Source: Gnetum montanum
Lineage: Eukaryota > Plantae > Gnetophyta
DNA: 64,000 nucleotides
Direction: 5' to 3'
Assembly: GCA_015680685.1 (NCBI GenBank)
Contig: MNCI01000404.1
Location: forward strand, 76,829 to 140,828
In this document: piece after piece, positions 25,570 to 37,400 of the stretch
Layout of the letters: every line of letters starts with the position of its first letter
Numbering within the stretch: position 1 is the stretch's first letter
Notes under the pieces: generated by a model
Told to the model about the DNA's origin: nothing
What the model saw: only the letters and a program-made list of their open reading frames with translations
Database searches by the model: none
Translations under genes and position numbers: made by a program

Positions 25570-26110
25570 CTAGTTTTAGGCCATTTTGGGCCATTGTGTC
25601 ACATGCCAAAGAAATGATGCTTTAACAAAGCAAAAAGTGATGAACGCTAGTTTTAGTTCATTTCGGGCCATAGTGTAGCATGCCAAAAGGATGGCATGTT
25701 AACAAAGTAAAAAGCGATGAATGCTAGTTTTAAGCCATTTCGGGCCATAGCGTAGCATGCCAAAAGGATGGCATGTTAACAAAGTAAAAAGCGATGAATG
25801 CTAGTTTTAAGCCATTTCGGGCCATAGCGTAGCATGCCAAAAGGATGGCATGTTAACAAAGCAAAAAGTGATGAATGCTAGTTTTAGACCATTTCGAGCC
25901 ATAGCGTAGCATGCCAAAAGGATGGCATGTTAATAAAGTAAAGAGCGATGAATGGTAGTTTTAGGCCATTTTGGGCCATAGCATAGCATGCCAAAAGGAT
26001 GGCATGTTAACAAAGAAAAAAGCTATGAATGCTAGTTTTAGGCCATTTTGGGCCATAGTGTAGCATGCCAAAAGGATGGTATGTTAACAAAGCCAAAAGC
26101 GATGAATGCT
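25570..26110. repeat. Tandem array A: 7 x 77 bp, core CTAGTTTTAGGCCATTTCGGGCC
   Basis: Cores at 25570, 25647, 25724, 25801, 25878, 25955, 26032; high unit identity. Confidence 0.95.
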
Positions 26111-29100
26111 CTAGGGATGACAACCGGGTAGGAAGCAGTAGGGTTGCTACGCTGTGCATAGCTACCTCCTGATCCGTCGTGGGTTGATCGGAACGTAATA
26201 CCTAGGCATTTCACCAGGGCCCTCGTTCACATCATTGTCCCCCACTTGGAAGGCCAACTCAACCCATGCGCTTTTATTTTAGTAATCAGCTCATTGAGCT
26301 GGTTCTCCCATTGGATGTTCACTACGAGCGTAAGCAGACATTTCATTCTCAAAGGTTATGACCTCTGAGCCCTACTCCATGTCTACATTACTGATAGCTT
26401 GCACTGCTACTTTGTCACCATGGATCACCACCTCCCTTCCCACGTATGGTAGGTGGATTTCCTGGTGTATAGGTGAGGAGACAACTCTAAGTTATGCTAA
26501 CCATGATCTCCCCAAGATTAGGTTAAACCCAGGAATTTCCTCAACCATGATGAATGTTGCGTTTGTGAAGAACTAGTCCCCTGCTATGAAGTCCATATGG
26601 ACTATGCCTTTTACTAGGATGCGTGCCCCGTTGAATGACCTTAGACATGATGTTGTTGTGGGTTTGATCTGGTCAACCAAGCCCAACTTATCCACAATAG
26701 GAAAGGGGATGATGTTCGTGGCAGCCCCGTCATCAATGTGTACCCTTCGGATCTAGTGTTGGCCAACCTGAATTGTGAGGAAACGAGGTGTCATTATCAC
26801 CTAACCCCTCTTGGGATCTTCCTTAATGGCGTCATTGCTAAAAGTCAATTGGGATGGCTCAGGCTCTATGGATGCAGGGGGAAGCATGACCGAGTGGATC
26901 GCTTCCTCTTCTGCTGGCATCTCTTCATTGACCAAAATCACCGTCAACACGTGGATCAGAGCCTCGTGGTGGGAAATAGATGTCATGATCAGGTCGTACA
27001 GGCTCAGTGAAGTGTTTTTCTATTTTAAAGTCTGATTGACCTAAGTGAGGGCATCCAAAAGGTCTTGGCCACCCCCTGTTTAACGTTTTCCTCTTCTTTG
27101 ATTCGTCCTAGGAAATGAATTTCCCAAGGAGGGGTAACTTTGAATCTAGGTTCAAACCCTTTTTGGCAACGTAGCATGGGCTGTGCTATTATGGCAACGT
27201 TCATCTTTGGTGACAAGGGCTTAGGCCTAGGGGATGGAGACGTAGGCTTGGAAACACCTTGGGTAGTGTTTCCTCTTGACATCCCACCTGAAAAACACAC
27301 TTCCCATTCTTTAGGATGAGAAGGTTGTTCAACTATTTTATGTAGGGCAGGGGTTGTCAAATAGGTCGGCCCCCTAATGATGAAAGGTGCTAACGGTGTT
27401 AGCGGGCGAAATAGCACGGTTTTGTTAACAGGTGGCTCAAGATGGATGCCCATGGAGGGACTTTCAAAACAAACAGTTGTTACAGGCTTTGATTAGCTGC
27501 TCGTGGTGCTAGTGTGCTACGTTGAGGCACACAGATCATGAATGGCTGCTGGGGTGGCCTAGGATCATTGTAAATGTCGATGGTGTTGATGGCGTAACTG
27601 GCATTGTTGGTGTTGAGGGGATCTTTGTAGACATGCATTGATTGGTTTTTAGGACATACTGGGTTGCTTTTGTCCAACACCAACTTTCCCTGGTCGATCA
27701 ATCTCTAGATGTCATCCTACAATGCCAGATAGTAATCCGTATTGTGACCACTTTTGGTGGTAGTCACAAAACCTGTCCAGCCTGAAACCCTTAGGAACTA
27801 GGGGCTCATTCGGCAGGGCCAAAGAGGGGTTCCTGAGGAGCTCACAATAGCATTGATATCTATTAATTCCTTCTTGTGACATTTTCTTATACTGCATGTG
27901 CCCTGTTGCCAATAGCTGCTTCAAAAGTTCTAAAGGCTTGAGAGGCAGTGGGATGTACTTTGAGCGATCTTTACGCTCAAAGTTTGGCTTGGGTTGTGTA
28001 GATGTCTCAGGTGCTGGTACTGGAGGTTGCAACATGTTGCCTTGCATGGGTATGGCGTTAGCTATGGGTACGACCGATTTTTTGTTGCTCTTGTTACTAT
28101 TGTTACTGGGTCTAGGCTTGGCCTCAATCGCCACAACAGCCACTGTGGTTGTTGGGGTCTTACCCTTGTCCTTCTTTATGAAGGTGTTTTTTTAAACAAT
28201 GTAAGCTAGGTCTTTTTTTACCTTAACCACATCTTGTATACTCTTAGTCTGAGCAAAGGCTTAACTAAGAGTGCGAGGGGCGAGGTAGTACAGTTTAGAC
28301 TTGATAAAGTCATTCACTACACCTTTAAAGACGGCCAACAAGTGGGCTTCTGCGATGGGCTTGCAGATTTTGTTGAGGGTTGCGCTCCAACACTGTATGA
28401 ACTTCTGGACCAATTCCAAAGGCTCCTGCTTCATGCTCATTAGCTGATCTAACATGATTTTCAACTTCAAGTTATACTTGAAGCACATCACTAACTAGGT
28501 TAGAAGCTCTTCTAACATTGAAATGGATGAGCGTGTCAGTGCACAATACTAGTCTAAGGCTCTCCCGAATAGGGACATGGTAAAGACATGAATGATCGTG
28601 TGTGCCCATTGTTGCAACAGAAGAGACTCAAATCTAAAGGTAACTAGATGTGCATTGGGATCTCCCTCCTCCTTGTACTTCGTGAAGTGTGGGAGAGACA
28701 TCCCTAGGGGTAACGTCAGAGCAGGGATCTTAGGTCTGATAGGGTCATCCTAGTAAAAGTCCATGACTTGTACTGTGTCGGACCTAATAGCCTTGAGGTA
28801 TTTGATTTCCTCAGTGAGGGTCTGGATGAGCTAGAATGCTTGGTCCAGATCCTGCGACATTGTAGGTGATTGGGGAACTGCCGAGGCAGCTCCCACCTAT
28901 GGAATGGCAAGGGTGGTGGTGTGACCCATCGGCAGTACCATTGGGGTAGTCCCCACGAGAGGTGTTGCTTGCACTGTCCACCACCTGGTAGGTGGTGCTA
29001 TTGGAGCAGCAACTGTGGTTTGAGCTGCTGGATAGACTGCTTGTGTCACCGGTGGAATAGACCATTGCCCCATGTTAGGTTGTACCATTTGCGGGGTTTG

Positions 29101-29970
29101 GTAGGTCTGAGGGCAAACAAAATGAGACATCTATGGCGATTGTGGAATAGGCACAGAAGTGAATGAGGTCCACCACATGGACGGACCTGGGCCCACCACA
29201 GTGGGTGGAACAAATGTGAATGTAGGAATCGAAACGGAAGTTGCGTAAGATTGCAAATGAGGCATAGCATGAACATGTGGTAGGGTAGCCGTGATTGGTG
29301 TGCAATGCGCTACAAGAATGGGCTGTTGAATAGTTTGCAGAGGCATAGTCACTACAAACAAAACAAGAGAATAAGGGCGTTGATACGCCGGGAAGGTGAC
29401 ATGGCTACCCATTGCGGTTGTAGTTACAGGCTGCAGAAGCGTAGGCGTGATGACAAAGGGAGCGGTGACAGAAAATGGGTTGGCCCAAACGGATTAGGTA
29501 GGAGGGACAGGAATGGGGTTGGTTGGACCTCCCTCATCAGATTGGGAATCAAGTTCCTCCTATCCATCTTGAAAAGCGTCATCCTGGTTGGATGCTGTGT
29601 TTGGTTACTCCCTAAGCCTAGCCAACTAGATTAGCTGGTCTAGCAGCCTTTGGTTTGTTTGTGTCAAAGGTATGGAAGCGCCGAGAGTGGGAACGAATTC
29701 CTTCCCATCGCAATAAGCGAACTTGAAGCTACGTTTGTTTTCGAGCTCGTGTACGTCTAGAGGCAGATTTGCCTAAACCTTTGCACAGAGGAAGTTGTAA
29801 TGCTCATGTTGCTGGGCCAATCCTTTAGGTCCCTGATTTTGGATCCTGAGGGATCACCATGTTTACAAAATCAAGTTCAGCGGTTGTTCGGCACCAATAG
29901 TGCCTTGAACCGTGATGGGAACTTCAACATTGAAGGTGTTAACAGTGGTAGTAGTTGCGGTAAAAGCCAT
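26110..29970 (-). pseudogene. Tat-type gag-protease, degenerate
   Basis: ATG at 29970 (MAFTATTT...); Pro/Thr-rich region; capsid-like segment (LPHFTKYK...DPNAHL...; MSMKQEPLELVQKFIQ); FCDYH zinc knuckle; aspartic protease HIDDGAATNII at about 26740. End approximate. Confidence 0.88.
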
Positions 29971-30034
29971 TGTTAAGCTACGTAGTTATGCAAAAGAATG
30001 CAAAAAGAACAAAGAAACTAGAAAGCAACAAAAA

Positions 30035-30605
30035 GAAGGCTTTACGTCTTGCCGGGTTCCCGAGGAATTGTCAAGTAGACTAATCTGTACCACACAAAGC
30101 ATAAACAACTGCAAAAGGGTGTCACATTTACGCTAGTGTGTGATAGGGTACAAAGCGCATGCAAGACTATCGTAAGACGGGCAAGTTAACTAGCGACCAA
30201 AGGCTTTGCATCTCGAAGGGTCCCTGAGGGACCATCAAAGTGACCAACCTATACCACACGATACGCTAATGCGCGATAGGGTATAGAATGCATGCAAGAC
30301 TACCATAAGATAGGAAAGTTAACTAGTGACCAAAGGCTTTAAGTCTCGCAGGGTCCCCGAGGGACCGTCGAAGCGACCGACTTGTACCACACGATACGCT
30401 AATCGGTGATAGGGTAGAGAAAGCATGCAAGACTACCATAAGATGGGCTAGTTAATTTGCAATAAAAGGCTTTGTGTCTTGTAGGGTTCCCGGGGAACCA
30501 CCGAGGCGACCAATCTACGTTGCACAACGCATAAACAACCACAGATGGGTATCAATTTTATGCTAATGTGTATCAGGGTGCAGAAGGCTTACAAGACTAC
30601 TGTGA
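30035..30605. repeat. 5-prime UTR tandem repeat, about 4 x 133 bp, with GGTCCC-nnn-GGGACC hairpin
   Basis: AGGCTTT anchors at about 30037, 30201, 30334, 30467; palindromes GGTCCCtgaGGGACC and GGTCCCcgaGGGACC. Confidence 0.85.
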
Positions 30606-30626
30606 CACATGGAAAGGACACTAAAG

Positions 30627-30643
30627 CCCTCCTACTAGTGCCA
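30627..30643 (-). other. Primer-binding site of the Tat element (TGGCACTAGTAGGAGGG)
   Basis: TGG-initiated sequence 6 nt inside the LTR end (minus strand ...CTACA gttttc TGGCAC...). Cognate tRNA not identified. Confidence 0.7.
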
Positions 30644-30649
30644 GAAAAC

Positions 30650-32122
30650 TGTAGCAACCGAAAACGTTGGAGGCTGGAAACACCGAGGGGTCTGTAGTCA
30701 TGGATAGTCTCAACCCCCTATCCGTGGGAGGGTCATGCTGGATGGAACGGATACGGGGCACCCTGAATGGTCTGGTCGATCAGACAAGGACTTAGTTGTC
30801 GTCTATATAGTTTGAAAATGGAAATGAAAGTACAAAATAATGTTTAAATGCAAAAGAAATAGAAAACAATGTAAAATGCAATAGTAAAAAGGAGATAATC
30901 TAGAAATGCAATTATAAAAGTGCACCACTTCGAAGCTATGACCTCACTATGTCAAGATGGATACAATCGGTTGCACAGCATTGGGAAGTGTAGAGATCCC
31001 GAGAGTAACCAAGACGTGTAGAGCAAGAGGGTTGTGTGCTTGAACATGGACTCCGGTGTTAACAATGAAAATTTCTACCAAGGTGGTAGAAAAGAATAGA
31101 ACGAAATGCTGACTAAGAATGCTAACTATTTACAATGTCTAAATAGAAAGCTTATAATGCAAAAGAATGCTAGGGAATCAAAAGTTTTAGATGGCGAGCC
31201 AAAGGATCCTACGAAAAAGGACCTGAGAGAGAGAGAGAGAGAGAGACAATGTGCCCAAGAGCGCCAAAGCCGGAGAGTCTTTAAGCATTGCTCATTGGGG
31301 TATTTATAGGACCAAGGGCGTGTGAAAGATGCGGTTTGAACACCACGTGCCTTGGGCCTATGCTGACTTGTCTATGCTGCACGTGCCTACATGACTGTTG
31401 GGCGAGCCTGCCACATCATAATTATGAACCTACCATGTCGTAATTATGCTATTAGAGCAACGGTGCAATTAGGTGAGGTGCATTAATGTCATGTAACCAC
31501 TTGCCACTTTGCTATGCTTTGTAGCATAGCACATTGGTGTAGCGTAGCATCTTGTTACATGTCTTGCTGCATGTGTAGAAAGCCTTTGAAATGTGTAGGC
31601 TATTCATTACATAGTGTAGCATAGCAACTAGCCTTAGTCGTAAAAAAAAGTTGCCAAGCTGCAAACTTTGCCTTTTATACTACGGAACTTGCGAACTTGC
31701 TGATCTCGCCCTTTGAGTTGCCTCCTTTCAACTTCCAAAAAATTGCTATGCCTCGCTGCGCCATTGAGCTAATCATAGTGTAGCAGTAAACATGACCTAA
31801 TGTCAGCCAAGTTCGCCACTTTCTGATGGAAGGAGACATTGTCGGAGGACTTGAAGCCAGCCGAGGGGATTGGTCGTCCAGCCTTTGCTATGTTGTACTA
31901 CATTGCGTAGCGTAGCATAGCATTGGGCTTCTGTAAACATCTTCTGATGTTTGCTACGCTACATGGCATAGCGTAGCGTAGCATGGCACCTTGACTTAGA
32001 AAACTTGCTGAAGCAAGCAGTCTGAAAATCAGAGCATCCATCTCCCAAGGAACTGTCGTAATGCTACGCGAATTGCAAAGGCCTGGTGAAGCAAGAATGT
32101 CTTTGAATTTTTGGGTGTTTCA
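30650..32122 (-). mobile_element. 5-prime LTR of the Tat element (1473 bp)
   Basis: TGTAGC...GTTTCA termini homologous to the solo LTR; minus-strand CCTATAAATACCC at about 31278-31290; (GA)n at 31225-31246. Confidence 0.85.
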
Positions 32123-34496
32123 AACATCACATGTCATGATCTTGATTTTTCAAAATTTTTATCCTCAAAAGTCCTAAAGGAGTGATTCTCGATGCATTGG
32201 CTAAGCTTTTATCTTCAAAGTTCACAGTGAGATATGTAAAGCTAGAGAAGGATAAAAAAGCCTTTACATAAAATTATGAAAATATTTTAGAAGAAATTTA
32301 GGCTATTAAGAAACATTTAGTTGTGGTTGAAAATGACAAATTATTGAAAAATATTTTGAGGTAGAGAAAAAGGCTCATGGTAAGATAGAGCAGAAGATCA
32401 ATGAGCTCTAAATTGTAGTAATTACTAATTCACTTATTAAACATTATAAATACCTATTGTGGTTTTTAATTGTAGGTAATATGGATCCATCATGTTCACC
32501 ATTAAATTATCCATCATCAATAGCATGAGATAATGAAGAACTAATCCAAATGACACTCTTTATTAGTACTTCTATCAATTCAACAACTTAGAACTAGCCC
32601 ATAGAGATTATAAAAGAATCTTCAACATTTGAAGTACATGGAAAGTTTGAGTTTGTAGTGGTTATTCACACACCATCAAGAAGTAGAAGTAAAGAGTCTA
32701 CATGAGATAGAGATATTTAAAAAAAATTTAAAACTTTAACGGAGACTCTCTCAAGAAAAAGTGAGGCTAAACTTTATTTATTCATCTAGAAAGACAATCT
32801 CTTGTTGGTAAACATCATGATTTTCTTAAGACATCTTGGTGTTATGATGGTGAAGTTTATCTAGTTAGATATAAGCTTCTTTTTCATGATAAGCATATTT
32901 ATTTTGATTTTTTATATATATAATATGTTTTAACAATGTTTCATTGGGATTAAAACTCCTAATATATTTCATGTCATCTTTTCTATCATTTCAAAAAGAT
33001 GTTTGATGATGATAGAGATAGTCTATTACACTATCTTAATCAAATATAATTACTCAAAATTTCTTATATATTATGCTTTGATGAATTAAAGAAAATGTTA
33101 TGGTCATATGATTTTGAGTTAAGTAGTATCAATTTTGCAATGAGTTTATAAGAGATTCTAGTTTGGCAATTCATAAACTCCACAATTGCTAATTGTGAAA
33201 GTCATTACTTTGAATTCTACTGTATTTATTATAAATAAAATATATGAGTGGTTAATGGTTACTAATTTATACTTTCAAGATTACTTGAAATTCTTAATCA
33301 TGATTATATTTTTATAAGAATAAAGCAATTATACTTTTTTTTCATCCATGTTAAACTTGAGAGATGTTGTTCAAGTTTGGTATGTTTAACATTGGTAAAA
33401 ATCCATTATATTAATATTTACCAAGAACAGTACTATAATTGTTACTATATGTGGTAGCTTCATCATGAAAATATTGGGATTATGCAAAGTGATAATCATA
33501 AATGATTAGTTAAGTTAGTTATGAGAAGACACTATTGCACTAAAGGATGTGATTATACTTAGATTCTTAAGATTATATTTTTCATTTCCTTATAAATTTA
33601 ATTTAAATACCTAGCACAAGATGTTGATTTATGTTTCCTTGGATCTCATGATATATAAGTCACAAAATTCTAATACATGAATCCTTTGGATCTAATGGAT
33701 AGTAGATATATACATGTTATGAGTTTTGAAAACATTAGTAAGAAAATTGATGAAACATGTTTGTTCATCTGCTCCAACGTTGGGTATCTGATGTTGGGGT
33801 CCAGATGTGACATCAAGTATCTGACATTAGGGGGTATCTATTGGCCTATAAATATAGCTCTTGGGCTCTTGATTTGATAATCAATTTTTAATTTTCAATC
33901 AAAGTAGCAAAGCTCTTGTAGTTTATTTTCTCCAAAGTAAGAATATTTTTTGAGTGCCTACAAAAGAATTCTAAGTGTGTATGGTTCTTTGTTCGAACAC
34001 TGATGCACCTAAGCACAGTAGTGTGACAAGAATAAAAATGAACTCTTTTGACAATCTTTGCAACACTGAGAATAGATTACTATTTTCTTTCATGCACTTT
34101 ACTTTACTGCATTTCAAATTGAGCAATTACTTTCTAGCAATTAATAAACATGAGCACGACCACTTCGAGCATACATCTAGTACTTGGTAACCTAGCAACG
34201 CTTAATGTTTAGTAGTCCAACAGTACTATATGTGTTCAAGATGTGTCCAGGAAAGTGAAGCAATTACTTATGTTAGGCTAGTTAGATCGTAAATGAACTA
34301 GATCTTAAATTACTCTACCTTTCATTCTTGTTGTAGGTGACTAAACTCATAAAACATAAAATAAAAAAAATCATGTATCTCAATTACACTTAAACCATAT
34401 CCTTGAGCCTCACAAGTGTAGTTGGAAATACAATGAATGCTCTCAATGCCAATAGTATTTAGAAGCACACTATGATTTTTATTTTTCTAACATAAA

Positions 34497-37400
34497 ATGT
34501 CTTCTTCTCATAGGAGTGATTCTCCGCCCAAGTTTGATAAAGCTTATCAGTCAATGCCTCAACAATATTGAATGGTATATGCTCATCCTAATGAGTATAT
34601 ACATAATTTCACATTCATCCTACATCAACATGAATAGCTGCAGTGGCATGACATGGAGGGTAATATTGTGTTGCTACTTGATCGATCCATTCCTGCAATG
34701 CTTTACTAAGCGCTTATCTATCTGGGTCTTTAGGAACATCATGCTGAGTATGTTGTGTAAGACAATGATGCTAGGGATTATCATCCCACTGAAGCACAAC
34801 GTCTCCAGGATTGCCAATTAGAGTAATGTCATGAATTTGTGAAGGGAAAAGGATTCAATGACTCCCCATTCTTGTTGTACCAAAATGATGGTGGGGAACC
34901 CTTCTCTGGGGGTTTTCCATTTAATGAAATTCCTCTCTTGATTTCAGTGATGAAGGTTAAAACTAGAACTTGTAGTCCACAATTCACAATCCTAGTTCTC
35001 ATAAGAATGGATCCAATGACAAAAAAGGATCCAAAGAGGCAAGTCAAGGCAAGGATGTAGACAAGAAACAAGATCATGATCATGGTTGTGATCGCTGAAG
35101 GGGTGGTAGTAGGCACCATGATGATGTTGATCCTCCTTCCTCTTCATCTTCATCATCATAATCTTCTTCCTCTTTTGGCTCTAATCATAACCAAAAGAGG
35201 CGAGACCATGATGGAGGTGACCAAAATTACTGACAAGACCAAAATGATCGAAATGACTATTAGGAAAGGCAAGATCAAGGGCATCGACATTCAAGAGAGG
35301 CACATTGCCATGAATGAAGGGGTAGTAAAGGGCATCATAGGCACCATAATTAAGGCCTTAATGAACCTTTACTTACTACCCAAAGTATGCTTAATATCGT
35401 ATAGGTAGTACAAATTCCAATAAGGCACATGAAGGATAGTTGGGTTAAAAGGTTAAACATGAACAATATTGCTCAATTCGAAGGGGAATATAACTCTAAT
35501 CTACAAAACCATCTCCAAGCTTTTCAAGATGTATGTGCCTTGCAAAATATAGAAAATGAGTGGCAAAAACTTAAGTTGTTCCCAAGGACACTCATCAAAG
35601 AAGCAAAGAATTGATACCAGTCCTTAGAGCCAGAATCTATCAAATGATGGAGTACCATGCTTGAATTGTTTAATAATAAATATCAAATGTACTCCAAAGA
35701 GTCCAACTTGAGAAGGAAAATCTAAGGATGGAAACAAGGAACACACGAACCCTTGGATGCCGTCATCAACCAATACTATTCCTTAATGCACAAATGTGTT
35801 GGCCATGGTTATTCTCAACTTGATCAACTTCATCACATTGTAGATGGGCTTTGATTAGAAATGAGGAGAACCCTTGGTGTCTATGCCCAAGGACAATTTT
35901 CAAAATTAAGTGCCTATCAGATACAAAGATTAATTAATCTAGTAGCTAAAGAGAAGGGAAAATTAATAAAAAGAGAAAATGCAAAAGAATATAACCACAA
36001 TCCTTCCATTTGTGAGAGGGAGGTTCGATTCTACGACAATGAGGATGAATCCACATTTGATGAGATGGTAAATAGGAAAACCTTGCCACTCCAAAAATTT
36101 CAATCTAAAATCACGACCAAGGTTGATTAGTTATGGGACTCCATGGATAGCAGATTTCAAAATCTCCTAAAAATTGTTGCAAAGTCCAAAGTACACGGTA
36201 GTGATCATGAGTGCAGGAGGCACAAGGAAGTTGAACGTGCCTATCAAAAAGGTAAGGGCAAGATTTTTGTAGTAGAAGTGGTAGAAAGCAAATCAGATGA
36301 TGATGGTGGGTGTGACATCTACCAATATGTACATCCTAAGGGATGTTGCCCCATTGTGTCACACTTATAGAAGTATGGGGTATATATTTTGAATCCACAA
36401 CTAACACAAAGGCAAACATCCAGAAGATTACCTTACCCTCAAGGTAATTCTAGGTAGTTCCACTAGCAACAACCATATTATCCAAGTGGAGCTTTACCGC
36501 AACCATATGAGTAGTATCAATGATGGCAACAACCATAATCATGGGCACTAGCACCACCAAGGCAACAATACTCTTATCGACAGTTTGATCCATATGGTTA
36601 CTACGTTCAGCAACCCTTGTCTCCATGTGACTCCTCTAGTCATGTCTCTACTTTTCAACCTCATTACCACCCTTCTAATTACTATTGAACTCATTCTCCA
36701 CATGAAAGAAGGGATACCATCTCTTATCCTTATCCCCCTCCTATCCATGCACATGTTCCTCCTCCATCCACATAGCTACCACCTACTCCACCTATGTAGG
36801 ATGAACTCTCAGCTCAACTGCAACAACACAACGCTACTAGGGTCATTAACCTACAATCGGTTAAGTAGACGAGTGGTTCAGATACTTGATCAAAGAAAAG
36901 ACCTTTCTTTTGACCATGTAATCTTCCTAAGCCCTCACATACATCCATGGTTGACAATCCTACCCCTGCATCTTCCTCTGTATCAAACACCTTCAAGTAC
37001 CCTTCAAACCAAAATCTACCTAGGATCTATACTGTAATGCTTACTCACACTGTCTTTGATTGGACCTATGCTGGAAACCTTCATAGGAAGTTAGTCAATC
37101 CTGGAAGTCCTCTCATTTATTTGTAGACTGCTAGGAATGAACCATGGAAGTCCTCTTAACATAGGTTCTAGTGTCAATTTGATCTCTCATGAGATGTATA
37201 CTGCATGGAACTTGCCTCTTCTCAAGAAGAGCAACATAAGATTAGAATTGGTATACCAATCCATCACTGTTCCCTTGGGACTAGTAGAAGACATTATGAC
37301 CACTATTTGTGGGTGCTCTTATCCTGCTAACTTCCTAGTAATCAAAGTGAAGAACTATAAAAGATATTTCCCAATCATCATGGGAAGGACATGGCTTAGC

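Larger units (their letters stand above)
15990..32122 (-). mobile_element. Tat/Ogre-like Ty3/gypsy element with split gag-PR / pol and an internal antisense gene; 3-prime LTR not found
   Basis: 5-prime LTR 32122-30650, PBS, gag-PR 29970 to about 26110, pol 20002-16533 with order RT-RH-aRH-INT. The archaeal-type RNase H (FDGAS...NNMEEYEGLL...GDSQLVVNQ) is diagnostic of Tat lineages. Lower boundary approximate. Confidence 0.88.

Noticed and set aside
5857-32122. One giant Tat element bounded by LTRs 5857-7324 and 30650-32122
   Set aside because: Outer flanks differ (GCAGT vs AACAT), the LTRs are highly diverged, and the left LTR has its own TSD and no PPT.
32130-33745. Possible decayed DNA-transposon or gene remnant in an AT-rich stretch
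   Set aside because: No recognisable motif, termini or readable frame; needs a translated search.
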